DNA from: Candidatus Kerfeldbacteria bacterium
Lineage (GTDB): Bacteria; Patescibacteriota; Patescibacteriia; UBA9570; XYC2-FULL-38-9
NCBI GenBank assembly: GCA_016182555.1
Contig: JACPGJ010000004.1
Span: 14,751 to 78,750 of the forward strand
DNA length: 64,000 bases
Direction of reading: 5' to 3'
The notes beneath the pieces are model-generated. The model was not told where the DNA came from and made no database searches. It saw only the letters and a program-made list of their open reading frames with translations. Position 1 is the stretch's first letter; each line of letters begins with the position of its first letter. The translations under genes and the position numbers were made by a program. Shown piece after piece: positions 29,345-38,909 of this stretch.

Positions 29345-30310
29345 CTATTGTTTCTCTTCTACTAATGAACGAAAATATTCTGCATAGCTGTGTAAAATAG
29401 CCGTACGCTGTGTAGCAAATTCATCAGGCCAGTAAATATCAATGCCATTACTTAATTCTATAAGCTTTGGCTTTCCTTTTTCATTAAAAAAGAAATCGAC
29501 CATAAATAGTTTATGCGGAAATAACGCAAAATGATTTTGTATTTTTTTAATAATCACCAGAATAGATTTTGGTATTTTTGCTATTGGCACAAGAATCATT
29601 TTACCATTCTGTTGTAGGTTACACAGCAGTTTTCCTGGCGCAGGAATACGCATATAGGAAATGATTATCGTATCATCAATGAGCACTACTCGAAAATCAT
29701 GCGTACCAATGTACAGATTCGGCACTCCGGCACGCGTATCGATGAATTCTTGCACAATCGAAGGAACACTCACCTGCACTGTAGCGGTTTGTGAACGTAA
29801 AACAATTTGGATACCCTTCCCACCAGAACCAAAACGCGGTTTTACGACTATGCGTGTTGTACGAATTTTTTTTGCTGCTGCCTGTAACTCTTGTGCATTA
29901 TTCACTGGAATAGTTTGTGGGACATCATCCGGAAATAACAGCGGAACAAAAATTTTATCTGAAGTGATGAGTTGTAATTCCACGGGGTTAATAACTGTCG
30001 TATACGCTTCAAGTCGTTGAATATCTGCTAAAAATTCGTAAGATATTCGTGTTTTATCGTGTACAATATCAGGTTGAATAGAACGATGTATTTTATTCCA
30101 TTGACCTTTTTTGAATTCCCAATATTTTGTAAACTGCTTTCCATCAAACCAACTCAAACACACCCGTACCATACGCACATGGTAATCTTTATCCGCGATA
30201 TTATACAATTCTTCATAACATTTACGTTGTAATGTATTGCTAAATGGATGTTCTTTATGCCAATCACTTCCTAAAAATAGCATGGCGACAACTGGCTTCT
30301 TTTTGCGCAT
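29345..30310 (-). CDS. ATP-grasp ligase, paralog 1 of 3
   Basis: VVKPRFGSGGKGIQIV, HDFRVVLI and DFFF...LIELSNG are ATP-grasp motifs. Its N-terminal domain is shared with paralogs 2 and 3. Confidence 0.7.
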   Translation of the reverse strand: MRKKKPVVAMLFLGSDWHKEHPFSNTLQRKCYEELYNIADKDYHVRMVRVCLSWFDGKQFTKYWEFKKGQWNKIHRSIQPDIVHDKTRISYEFLADIQRLEAYTTVINPVELQLITSDKIFVPLLFPDDVPQTIPVNNAQELQAAAKKIRTTRIVVKPRFGSGGKGIQIVLRSQTATVQVSVPSIVQEFIDTRAGVPNLYIGTHDFRVVLIDDTIIISYMRIPAPGKLLCNLQQNGKMILVPIAKIPKSILVIIKKIQNHFALFPHKLFMVDFFFNEKGKPKLIELSNGIDIYWPDEFATQRTAILHSYAEYFRSLVEEKQ

Positions 30311-30389
30311 AGACGTATAAAGTAAAATCTTAAAATGTGGCTAATGTTACTATAGCACACTCTCGAGATCTATATGACAAAAAATAGCT

Positions 30390-31364
30390 CTACTTCACTT
30401 TGAATGTTTTTTGCTCTATCAACTCTGTAAAATACTGTAAATACGTATGTGCAAGATAATAAAATTCTTTATCAAATTCCTTTGGCCAATAAATATTAAT
30501 ACCGGTATTCATTTCAATAAGCAATGGTTTATTTTTAAAAAAGAAAAAATCAATCATGAAAATGGCATGAGGGAATATAGAAAAACGGTTTTGAATTATT
30601 TGAACCGATGATCGCACAGATGATGGCAATTGATTCAAACGTAACCGCACTAATTCTGCACCCTGTGAAACATTGCACAATAGCTGATTTGTTTTTGCCG
30701 CACGAATATACGTGAGTACCACCCTTCCTCCAACCACAATACATCGTAAATCATGGATACCTTTGTACACACCAGGGATACCGGCTCGCGAATTAATAAA
30801 AGACTGAACAATCATGTGTGGACCAATTCGAAGCGTAGCAATATCGTGGCGATCTACAATTTGAATACCCAGCCCACTGTGACCAAAACGAGGTTTCACA
30901 ATAATTTTTTTTGTGGGTATTTTTTTCACTGCCAGCACTAAATCGTGCTCGGTATTAACGGCATAGGTTGGTGGCACCAGGTCGGGAAAAGCAATCGCAG
31001 GAAATAATTTATCTGAAATTTGCATTTCTAATTCCCACGGATTCACCACAAGAAATCGTTCACACATACTTTGCAACAGCGGTAGTGCTTCATATCGAAA
31101 TGAAGCTTTATTGTGAATCAAGTCAGGCACAATAGCTTTATTCATTTTTTTCCATTTTCCATGAGTGAATGTCCAATATTTTTTAAATGCTTTACCATCA
31201 AACCATTCTATAGCCACACGAATGCATTGAATATCATATTCATTATTAGCCAATGTATAAAAATCTTCATAACGCTTGCGTTGAAGTTCGTTAGAAAATG
31301 GTTGAGACTTCTCCCAATCACTCCCTGCATATAGTAGTGCAACAATATAACGATTCTTTTTCAT
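30390..31364 (-). CDS. ATP-grasp ligase, paralog 2 of 3
   Basis: IVKPRFGHSGLGIQIV, HDLRCIVV and DFFFF...LIEMNTG. Its N-terminus (LLYAGSDWEKSQPFSNELQRKRYEDFY) aligns with paralogs 1 and 3. Confidence 0.7.
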   Translation of the reverse strand: MKKNRYIVALLYAGSDWEKSQPFSNELQRKRYEDFYTLANNEYDIQCIRVAIEWFDGKAFKKYWTFTHGKWKKMNKAIVPDLIHNKASFRYEALPLLQSMCERFLVVNPWELEMQISDKLFPAIAFPDLVPPTYAVNTEHDLVLAVKKIPTKKIIVKPRFGHSGLGIQIVDRHDIATLRIGPHMIVQSFINSRAGIPGVYKGIHDLRCIVVGGRVVLTYIRAAKTNQLLCNVSQGAELVRLRLNQLPSSVRSSVQIIQNRFSIFPHAIFMIDFFFFKNKPLLIEMNTGINIYWPKEFDKEFYYLAHTYLQYFTELIEQKTFKVK

Positions 31365-31367
31365 AAT

Positions 31368-32237
31368 TTATTTCGTCATATGCTCATTCACAAGCTTCGA
31401 GAGTGCTTCTGTATCTGGAATCCAATAATATAGCTCCTTGCCAAAAGCTGGTGTATATATCTTCCCGCTTGCACCCGGTACAGAAGCTTCAACAATATCA
31501 CCAGTGGAAAAATGGCCATTCCGTGCAATACCAGCGCCCACGGCAAAACGAATCGATTGCAGTTGCGAATACCGTAACCGTGCTTGATTTGAATCTTCAA
31601 AATATTGCAGTAGCATGCGCATCTTCGTTGGAGTGACTGCTTTCATCACTAAAGAGCGCAATACTTCACGTTCATCGGCTTGTCGATTAAAATCTGAACG
31701 ACCATTGGTAAAGCGATCGCGAATAATTGCCAAGGCTGCAGCACCGTTTGTTGTCGTGCCGTCGACTGTTGTTCCGCCCAAATTATTCACAATCTCTTCA
31801 AAACTTCTGAATGTCACTTCAACCGTGGTGTCTATATGCATACTAATCAGCGTTTCAACCTGCTGTTGAGTAAGTTCGATGTTGCCCAACTCTTTCCCGT
31901 CATCTGGTCGTTCACCAAATGCATAAAAATGAGTGATTTTTTGCAATCCCCACTCCTGGTCATCAATTTTCGTATCACGAGGAATGCTCAATAAAAATAT
32001 TGGCTGTTTTGGATTTTTTGGAATAGACAACAAAAACAAAACATCTGATCGTGCACGCTCCGTACCACGTTGATCTGAACCAACAAACAAGATCGTATAA
32101 CGCTCCGGCGCAGTAATATAAACAAAAAAGAGAGTAGAAATAATAAGAATACACATCGTGAACAGAAATCCAAACAGAAATGCATTCACCCTCTTCATAC
32201 TAGGCAACAAGTGTTGAAAAATAACGTAAATATGCAT
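31368..32237 (-). CDS. LytR-CpsA-Psr (LCP) family cell-envelope phosphotransferase
   Basis: It has an N-terminal TM helix. FVGSDQRG...RSDVLFLLSIP...SIPRDT is the LCP core. Confidence 0.8.
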   Translation of the reverse strand: MHIYVIFQHLLPSMKRVNAFLFGFLFTMCILIISTLFFVYITAPERYTILFVGSDQRGTERARSDVLFLLSIPKNPKQPIFLLSIPRDTKIDDQEWGLQKITHFYAFGERPDDGKELGNIELTQQQVETLISMHIDTTVEVTFRSFEEIVNNLGGTTVDGTTTNGAAALAIIRDRFTNGRSDFNRQADEREVLRSLVMKAVTPTKMRMLLQYFEDSNQARLRYSQLQSIRFAVGAGIARNGHFSTGDIVEASVPGASGKIYTPAFGKELYYWIPDTEALSKLVNEHMTK

Positions 32238-33153
32238 GATATAATTTCGTTCGATTTTTCAGAAATTCTGGTGGGAAGAAAAAATCTGCCTTGGCGTTCA
32301 ATTCAACAATGAGTGGTCGACCGTTAGTAAAGAAAAAATCTGCTGTATACACTTTATAAGGAAACAAAGAAAGAGATTTTTGAATTGAGCGAATGATTGG
32401 AAAAACTGTTTTGGGAATTTCGGATATGGAAATAAACCGTGCCCCACCCTGTTGGGACATATTACATAATAATGTTCCAGGAGCAGGGGTACGAATATAG
32501 GCACCAATGATTTTTTCTCCTGTAAAAAGCATCCGCAAATCATGGATAGATGGATAGACATTGGGAATACCTTTCTGCGTATCAATGAATTCTTGCACAA
32601 TAATTGGAAATCGAATCTGTTTCTCACGAATTGCTGACTTTGCAGCGATAATAATTCCCGCACCACCTAAACCAATGCGCGGTTTAATCACTACTTTTTT
32701 TCCAGGAACACGCCGCAGTGCAGCACGTAACTCTTCTGAAGTGTTAGCATGTGTTGTATACGGAATATATTGTGGAAAAAGAATAGGTAAAAATAATTTA
32801 TCACTGACTAACAATTCTAATTCCCAGGGATTCACCAGCACATACTGTGTGGCGATTTCTTTTTTCACTGGAATCGTTTCATATGCAAATGCGGATTTAT
32901 CTAAAATAATATCTGGAATAATAGAACGTGTTATTTTTTGCCAACGTTTATTTTTATATGCCCAAAATTGTCGAAAAGACTTACCCTGAAACCAATCAAT
33001 GCATACACGCACAATGGTCATCTGATATTCTTTTTCAGCCAATGCGTACAACTGTTCATAACATTCGCGCTGAATGCTATTTGTAAAAGGTATTTTTTTT
33101 CGCGCGTCATCGCCTGAATACAGGATAGCGAGAATTTTATTTTTCATAGGCAT
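32200..33153 (-). CDS. ATP-grasp ligase, paralog 3 of 3
   Basis: VVIKPRIGLGGAGIIIA, HDLRMLF and DFFF...LIVELNA. Its N-terminus (ILYSGDDARKKIPFTNSIQRECYEQLY) aligns with paralogs 1 and 2. Confidence 0.7.
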   Translation of the reverse strand: MPMKNKILAILYSGDDARKKIPFTNSIQRECYEQLYALAEKEYQMTIVRVCIDWFQGKSFRQFWAYKNKRWQKITRSIIPDIILDKSAFAYETIPVKKEIATQYVLVNPWELELLVSDKLFLPILFPQYIPYTTHANTSEELRAALRRVPGKKVVIKPRIGLGGAGIIIAAKSAIREKQIRFPIIVQEFIDTQKGIPNVYPSIHDLRMLFTGEKIIGAYIRTPAPGTLLCNMSQQGGARFISISEIPKTVFPIIRSIQKSLSLFPYKVYTADFFFTNGRPLIVELNAKADFFFPPEFLKNRTKLYHAYLRYFSTLVA

Positions 33154-34164
33154 TTATTTATTCATCCACGCTTGAATGAGTAATCGTTTGACATTGACCC
33201 CCTGCCCTTCCACTATCGGTTTTTCATGAATAGCGTAATCTGGATTATTATTCATTTCAATAACAGCGTAGCATTGTTTTGGATTATTCGATGTAATATC
33301 TTCAGTCACTAAATCGATACCAACAAAATCTACCCCTAACGTACGAGCACTATCAATCGCTACTTTTTTAAATCGAGCACTGATACGATCCGTATAATCT
33401 ATTGCTCGCCCACCCTGACTAATGTTTGCCACAGCACGTACTTGCACCTGTTGACCTTTCGGTAATATGGATGAGAGCTTGAGAGAACACCGCTTGAGTG
33501 TCGCTCGCACTTCTGCATCGACGATCAATTGAAAAGCATCTGGGCGATCCTGATTCAATGCAAAAATCAATTCATGAATGGAAGACGTGCCGTCTCCAAT
33601 CAATGTTGCTGGAATTCGCATGACACAAGCAATCACTTTGCCCCGCAATACCAACACACGATGATCATTGCCAGGAACCATCTCCTCAATTAAACAATGT
33701 CGCGGATGTTCTGGGTTCAAGCTTTGCTTTTTTGTATAGAGGCTCAAAACAGCATTCATCGCGGCTTGTAATTCGGAATTATTTTTTATATTGAGATGTA
33801 CCCCCATTCCCTTCCATAAATCAATCGGCTTCACGACGACAGGAAATTTGAGATGTGCTTTTTTTCTTTGCTGAACCGCTTCTTGGGGCGTCGTTGCTGT
33901 GGTCCCTTTTGGCGTAGAAATACCCTGTCGAGAGAGCAACATTTTTGTTAACTCTTTGTTGATCGTAAAATAACTATTGGGTTGAGTATTAAAAAATAAT
34001 TCTTCATTATATAAATACGCTTTTTTTCCTTTGTAACTCAGCTCAATTAAACGAAATTGCTCTGCAATAAAACGCATCTTTACTCCCATCTGCTGCATTT
34101 CCATGCACAGGTTTTTTTTATACGGATGTTCCAGTGAGTTAATATATCTGTTTATTGCGTTCAT
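33154..34164 (-). CDS. ATP-grasp ligase (RimK/GshB-like, a subfamily distinct from paralogs 1-3)
   Basis: 336 aa. VVVKPIDLWKGMGVHL, GNDHRVLVL and DFVGIDLV...VIEMNNNP. The start codon directly abuts the stop of the upstream ORF. Confidence 0.7.
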   Translation of the reverse strand: MNAINRYINSLEHPYKKNLCMEMQQMGVKMRFIAEQFRLIELSYKGKKAYLYNEELFFNTQPNSYFTINKELTKMLLSRQGISTPKGTTATTPQEAVQQRKKAHLKFPVVVKPIDLWKGMGVHLNIKNNSELQAAMNAVLSLYTKKQSLNPEHPRHCLIEEMVPGNDHRVLVLRGKVIACVMRIPATLIGDGTSSIHELIFALNQDRPDAFQLIVDAEVRATLKRCSLKLSSILPKGQQVQVRAVANISQGGRAIDYTDRISARFKKVAIDSARTLGVDFVGIDLVTEDITSNNPKQCYAVIEMNNNPDYAIHEKPIVEGQGVNVKRLLIQAWMNK

Positions 34165-34175
34165 AATACTATAGA

Positions 34176-35147
34176 CTATTCAGTTATAGACGCTCGAGAT
34201 AAATCTGGACCGGAGAAGAATGTAGCTCCTGTAAAAAATAGAAGAATCAGCAACGCATACGTATGGCTTTCAATAGCTCTATACTCTGCGTCTGTTTCTA
34301 GTGTTTCAAAAGATATGTAGTCATCAACAACACTCTGTAGCATTGCCCACGCTTCTGCATACTGAACCTCAAAATGACATAATTTCATACATAATGCAAC
34401 TTCAATAAGTGTATCGATATCGGTGCGCTGGCGGATTTCTTCAATATGATTCGCGAAATACATGATGATCCATTCGTATTGCCCAGGTAAATCGTGCTCA
34501 TAATACTGAGTATCCGCCAAAATAATATGGGTCATGCTATATATCACGGAATGATATTCGTCATCCGTGAGGTCCGCGACTAATTCATCACTGGCGTTAA
34601 AATAGATCTTTCGAAATAGCTGCTGTGCTTCTTCGAATAATGCTGAAGAAACGTGAATGTGTTTGAGAAAGGCTAACGTGTTGAATGTAAAAGAACTATT
34701 ATACCGAATCGCCTCTTCATTGATATACAGCGTTCTCAGCTCATCGAGAGACAATTGGGAAAGGAGTTGCGGATATTGCTGCGCATACATTGTCATATGC
34801 AATCCATATTTCTGTATAAAAAAAAGATGGTGGATAAAACGATCAAAAAATTGTAACTTGGGTTGCTGTTGATACAGGTCTTCTCTTTTTTTTCTGCGTT
34901 CACTGAATTTTTTATAATAATAATGACGCGTATAGGAAAACTGACCAGTTTTCAATAGCGCCAAATCAGCAACAATTCGCGGTTGCTTCACCAAAAAAAA
35001 ATAAAACGCGATAATTTTTTTATACTGCTCTTCACCGGTCACCTTATATGCTCGATAGGCAAAATGCGCCAGGTTATCTAGAGGAAGTGATGCACAGTTT
35101 CTATTGTAGATATCCAGAATGCGTTTTGAAGAGATTGCGCTATGCAT
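34176..35147 (-). CDS. Hypothetical protein (alpha-helical) co-operonic with the ATP-grasp genes
   Basis: 323-aa ORF, 11-nt gap to the downstream ATP-grasp gene, 14-nt gap from xseB. Confidence 0.45.
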   Translation of the reverse strand: MHSAISSKRILDIYNRNCASLPLDNLAHFAYRAYKVTGEEQYKKIIAFYFFLVKQPRIVADLALLKTGQFSYTRHYYYKKFSERRKKREDLYQQQPKLQFFDRFIHHLFFIQKYGLHMTMYAQQYPQLLSQLSLDELRTLYINEEAIRYNSSFTFNTLAFLKHIHVSSALFEEAQQLFRKIYFNASDELVADLTDDEYHSVIYSMTHIILADTQYYEHDLPGQYEWIIMYFANHIEEIRQRTDIDTLIEVALCMKLCHFEVQYAEAWAMLQSVVDDYISFETLETDAEYRAIESHTYALLILLFFTGATFFSGPDLSRASITE

Positions 35148-35161
35148 AGATTGCGGGAATA

Positions 35162-35374
35162 CTATTGATATTTATTTTTGAGCGTTTGAATCGTATTCTC
35201 AGTTTCCTGTAACACTTTCTTTAATTGCTGAGCGATTTTGAGGCCACGTTCAAATTCTTTCAAACCTTCGGTGAGATCCAGTTCATCGGTTTCAAATTTC
35301 TGCACAAGCTGCTCTAATTCTTCAAATTGTTGAGCAAAGGTGGCGGTTGGTGTAACCTGTTTCTTTTTTGGCAT
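35162..35374 (-). CDS. xseB: Exodeoxyribonuclease VII small subunit
   Basis: 70 aa. The sequence FEELEQLVQKFE...LTEGLKEFERGLKIAQQ matches the XseB pattern. Confidence 0.8.
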   Translation of the reverse strand: MPKKKQVTPTATFAQQFEELEQLVQKFETDELDLTEGLKEFERGLKIAQQLKKVLQETENTIQTLKNKYQ

Positions 35375-35385
35375 ATAAACGAAAA

Positions 35386-36546
35386 TTATTTTTTGACAAT
35401 TGAACGCACTCTACCATCCAGCAACACCGTCGTCAATTCGTCACCAGTATGAGTAGCGGCTGCTGTTTTGAGTACGCGACCTTGAGCGTCAAGCGTAAGA
35501 CTGAAACCACGCTTGAGAATATGGCGTGGATTCAACGATTCAAGCAAACGGACAACATGATCAATCCGCTGCTGCTGTGATTGAATGCGGTTCGTGAACT
35601 GGTTGAACGCCTGGTCGAGACGACGTTCCATGGTTTGAAAAGTGGTAAGCTGTGTTCGTGTATAGACTTCGAGCGTATTCACCGCGTCATGTAAACGCTG
35701 TTGGTGGTTATAGACAGCTGATTCGAAAGAGCGTTCACAACGATTCAGCAGATGACCAATCTCTGCTGTGACGTCATCACGATGCGGCACAACAAGCTCA
35801 GCCGCGTTGGATGGCGTGGATGCACGAACATCAGCCGCCAAGTCAGCCAGAGTAATATCGCGTTCGTGGCCAACAGCGGAAACCACGGGAATAGTAGAAG
35901 CAAAAATCGCGCGCACCACCTCTTCGGTATTAAACGCTTGCAAATCTTCAAGCGAACCACCACCACGAGTAAGAATAAGCGCGTCCAGTTCGGGCATTTC
36001 TTCATTGAATGCCGCAAGCGCGGCCACAATACTATTTGCGGCGGCTGCGCCTTGCACCTGAGCGTTCACATGATAAATCTGCAATCCACTCCAACGATTA
36101 TTCAAAATGCGCAGCACGTCGGTATACGCCGCGGCGTCACGACTAGTCACCAGCCCAATGTGACGAGGGAAACGTGGGAGCGAGCGTTTACGGCTGTCAT
36201 CAAACAACCCTTCTTTGCTGAGTTTTGTTTTGAGTAACTCATACGCTTTTTGTAATGAGCCTTCACCAACAAGTTCAACGCTGCGTGGCTGAAAAACAAA
36301 TTGTCCCTTTTTGAACAATGTTGGCGAGCCGACAATGCGAACTTCCATCCCTTCTTCCAGCGGCACCTGCAGTTTGAACGCGAGCATAAAACATTTAAGC
36401 ACCGTTGAATCATCCACAATCGAAAACCAGACAAAGCGATTTTGGGAAATATGAAAATCGGAAATCTCTCCTTGGATCGCTACCGTTACTTGGCCAAGGA
36501 GTTCATTTATTTCGGTGCGGAATTCTGAAACAGTGTAGATGCGCAT
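35386..36546 (-). CDS. xseA: Exodeoxyribonuclease VII large subunit
   Basis: 386 aa. It has an N-terminal OB fold (VSEF...VWFSIVDD...KCF) and a conserved catalytic C-domain. Confidence 0.85.
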   Translation of the reverse strand: MRIYTVSEFRTEINELLGQVTVAIQGEISDFHISQNRFVWFSIVDDSTVLKCFMLAFKLQVPLEEGMEVRIVGSPTLFKKGQFVFQPRSVELVGEGSLQKAYELLKTKLSKEGLFDDSRKRSLPRFPRHIGLVTSRDAAAYTDVLRILNNRWSGLQIYHVNAQVQGAAAANSIVAALAAFNEEMPELDALILTRGGGSLEDLQAFNTEEVVRAIFASTIPVVSAVGHERDITLADLAADVRASTPSNAAELVVPHRDDVTAEIGHLLNRCERSFESAVYNHQQRLHDAVNTLEVYTRTQLTTFQTMERRLDQAFNQFTNRIQSQQQRIDHVVRLLESLNPRHILKRGFSLTLDAQGRVLKTAAATHTGDELTTVLLDGRVRSIVKK

Positions 36547-36785
36547 TAATATCCTGCCCCTACTTCAAACTGATAATTATCCAAACGTGAAATATAGTGT
36601 GCTTTTCCTGTATATGTTGAACGAATATACTGCTGTTTTCCACCTAATAACTCATTCCACTGCTGCACATTATTTGGATCGGCAAAAAATGCAGCGAACC
36701 CATCAACTGTTCCCTGGTCAACCGTATCAGCCCCAATAAATATGCGTTCTGCTCGATCAATATAACTTTTAGCGGAATACGCCAT
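36546..36785 (-). CDS. Small hypothetical protein translationally coupled to xseA
   Basis: 79-aa ORF. Its stop overlaps the xseA start in a TAATG arrangement. Its start overlaps the upstream HAD gene by 17 nt. Confidence 0.35.
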   Translation of the reverse strand: MAYSAKSYIDRAERIFIGADTVDQGTVDGFAAFFADPNNVQQWNELLGGKQQYIRSTYTGKAHYISRLDNYQFEVGAGY

Positions 36786-37362
36786 AATAAAATTCGGTTA
36801 ATGATTGAATGGTGATGTCGGCGCGATGACACGGTTCATGCTCATAGGGGTTCCCCGATCTGCGAATCCAGATGGTTTGTATGCTCGGAAGCACCTGTTT
36901 CATGCGGTCAATCTCGCTACCGCGATCACTAATATAAAGTGTATCACTGCCAGAGGCAATATTCAACTGCTCTATATGCAGCTCTTTTGCGGTGTCAACC
37001 AGGACAATATCATCAAAGAAATGGACCAATCCAGATCCATCAATTTTTCTTCGTTGCCATTGTGGATTGCCGAAAGAAAACAACATTATTCTTTTCCCTT
37101 TTTCAACTGTGATCTGTTCTAAAAATGCTATCGCGTCAGGGTAGACACAATCTTGAGCATCATCAACAATGTGATACGCTTTTTGTAGCGGGTAGCCAGC
37201 CAACAATTGCATATGTGCTTCCAGTGTATACAACTGAGTTTTTTTTAATTCAGCCTCTGCCTTGCGGTATTCATCCTCTGAAACATGAAGGGCGGCCACC
37301 AGCTTTCGCCGCAAACATTCTGTATCAAACAATGTGTAATCAAAATCGATTATGAGTTGCAT
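36769..37362 (-). CDS. HAD-superfamily hydrolase
   Basis: IDFDYTLFDT is the DxDxT motif I. 197 aa. Confidence 0.7.
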   Translation of the reverse strand: MQLIIDFDYTLFDTECLRRKLVAALHVSEDEYRKAEAELKKTQLYTLEAHMQLLAGYPLQKAYHIVDDAQDCVYPDAIAFLEQITVEKGKRIMLFSFGNPQWQRRKIDGSGLVHFFDDIVLVDTAKELHIEQLNIASGSDTLYISDRGSEIDRMKQVLPSIQTIWIRRSGNPYEHEPCHRADITIQSLTEFYYGVFR

Positions 37363-38186
37363 AATTTCATAATGACGGCGGCGGCTTTTGGTCCAGAAAC
37401 CAACGCGGGATTATTGTCATTTGCGATATCATCAACGATCATCTCATCTAATTTCGCTGGAGCGAGATACCGCTCTACCGTGGCATAAAAATCCTGCGGC
37501 GTAAAATGATCTGTTTCGCCCGGTTTTGTAGAACGGTTACAGATATAGACCACTCGTGCCTTGCTTTGCGCAATCGCTTGTGTTACTCCAGCGACTAATA
37601 AATTCGGAATCAAGCTGGTAAACAGATCGCCCATCGAAAGAACAACCATATCTGCGTCTGCAATCGCTTGGCGTACTTGTGGAGTGGTGGTTGCAGCCGG
37701 ATCTAGCCACACAGATTCGATCCGCAACGAAGGATCGTGCTTGGGAATGTCGATATTCGTTTCGCCGCGGACAATTGAACCATCTTCCAAGCGCGCAATG
37801 AGATTGGTTTGTTCAAGTGTCACTGGTAATACGTTTCCACGAATCTGATATCGCTCTTGAATATGCTGCAATGCTTCATGAACATCGCCATATTTCTGAA
37901 AAGCTTCTAACAATACTAAATTTCCAACCGTATGCCCAGCATTCGGACCATCCGAAAAACGATGCTCCCATTCGGAAACGAGTTCAGGCCGCGCAGAAAG
38001 CGCAGCGAGACATCGACGAATATCCCCTGGCGGTAAAATGCCATACTTTTCACGTAAGCGTCCACTTGAACCACCATTATCAATAGTTGTCACAATCGCC
38101 GTGAGATCAACATCATACTCACGCAACCCACGCAACAACTCTGGCTGACCGGTGCCTCCACCAATGGTGACAATTCGCTTACGCAT
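37350..38186 (-). CDS. YvcK/CofD-family protein (gluconeogenesis factor / 2-phospho-L-lactate transferase family)
   Basis: IVTIGGGTG N-terminal motif and IDNGGSSGRLR, with family-wide similarity. Confidence 0.75.
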   Translation of the reverse strand: MRKRIVTIGGGTGQPELLRGLREYDVDLTAIVTTIDNGGSSGRLREKYGILPPGDIRRCLAALSARPELVSEWEHRFSDGPNAGHTVGNLVLLEAFQKYGDVHEALQHIQERYQIRGNVLPVTLEQTNLIARLEDGSIVRGETNIDIPKHDPSLRIESVWLDPAATTTPQVRQAIADADMVVLSMGDLFTSLIPNLLVAGVTQAIAQSKARVVYICNRSTKPGETDHFTPQDFYATVERYLAPAKLDEMIVDDIANDNNPALVSGPKAAAVIMKLCNS

Positions 38187-38191
38187 AGAGT

Positions 38192-38908
38192 TTAAGAAAA
38201 ATGTTCTTGAATAAATTGCTCAACCAACGGCAGATCTTCTGGTTTGCCCAATTCAATTCCAGCGCCAGCTGGCAAAGAAACCACTTTCACCAGATGCTGC
38301 GCCGCCAATGCATTAATGGCATCTGGAATTTCATATTCACCACGAGGAGACGGAACAACAGCATCAATGGCTGGAAAAATAGCTGGAGTAAAAGAATATA
38401 ATGCATTATTAATTTCGTATGTACCTGGTTCTGAAGATTGTTCGACGATGCGTTTCAACCATCCGTTTTTTTGCTCCACGATACCAAATTGATGGGGCAC
38501 CTGGTATGGCATACTACTGGCACGGCAAAAACCATCTTCAACGCGAAGCGGTGCATACACCTCTGGCGTATAGACCCAATCGCCCATTTGATACACAAAT
38601 GATTGTTCACCAATACTATGGCGAGCGGCTTCAACAACAGAAGCCGTACCATATTTTTCTCCAACGACTTCTGCTTGATCTACCACTTCCACTGGGTAGG
38701 GCAATGATGACAGAAACTCACGCATGCGTGCTGCATGGTGCCCAACGACGACAATAATTCGTTGAAAACCAGCAGCACGAATACTGGACAATGTGTAATA
38801 AAAAAATGGTCGCCCGGCAATTTCGACTAAGTGTTTAGAATGATTCTGCGCCAGGTGCTTCATGCGCGTACCCCGCCCAGCAGCAGCCAGAACAATCGTG
38901 CGAATCAT
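38192..38908 (-). CDS. Sugar-phosphate nucleotidyltransferase (NTP_transferase family)
   Basis: IVLAAAGRGTRM is the G-x-G-T-R motif. The ORF is open to 39004; the start was taken at the MIRTIV Met. Confidence 0.7.
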   Translation of the reverse strand: MIRTIVLAAAGRGTRMKHLAQNHSKHLVEIAGRPFFYYTLSSIRAAGFQRIIVVVGHHAARMREFLSSLPYPVEVVDQAEVVGEKYGTASVVEAARHSIGEQSFVYQMGDWVYTPEVYAPLRVEDGFCRASSMPYQVPHQFGIVEQKNGWLKRIVEQSSEPGTYEINNALYSFTPAIFPAIDAVVPSPRGEYEIPDAINALAAQHLVKVVSLPAGAGIELGKPEDLPLVEQFIQEHFS

Positions 38909-38909
38909 A

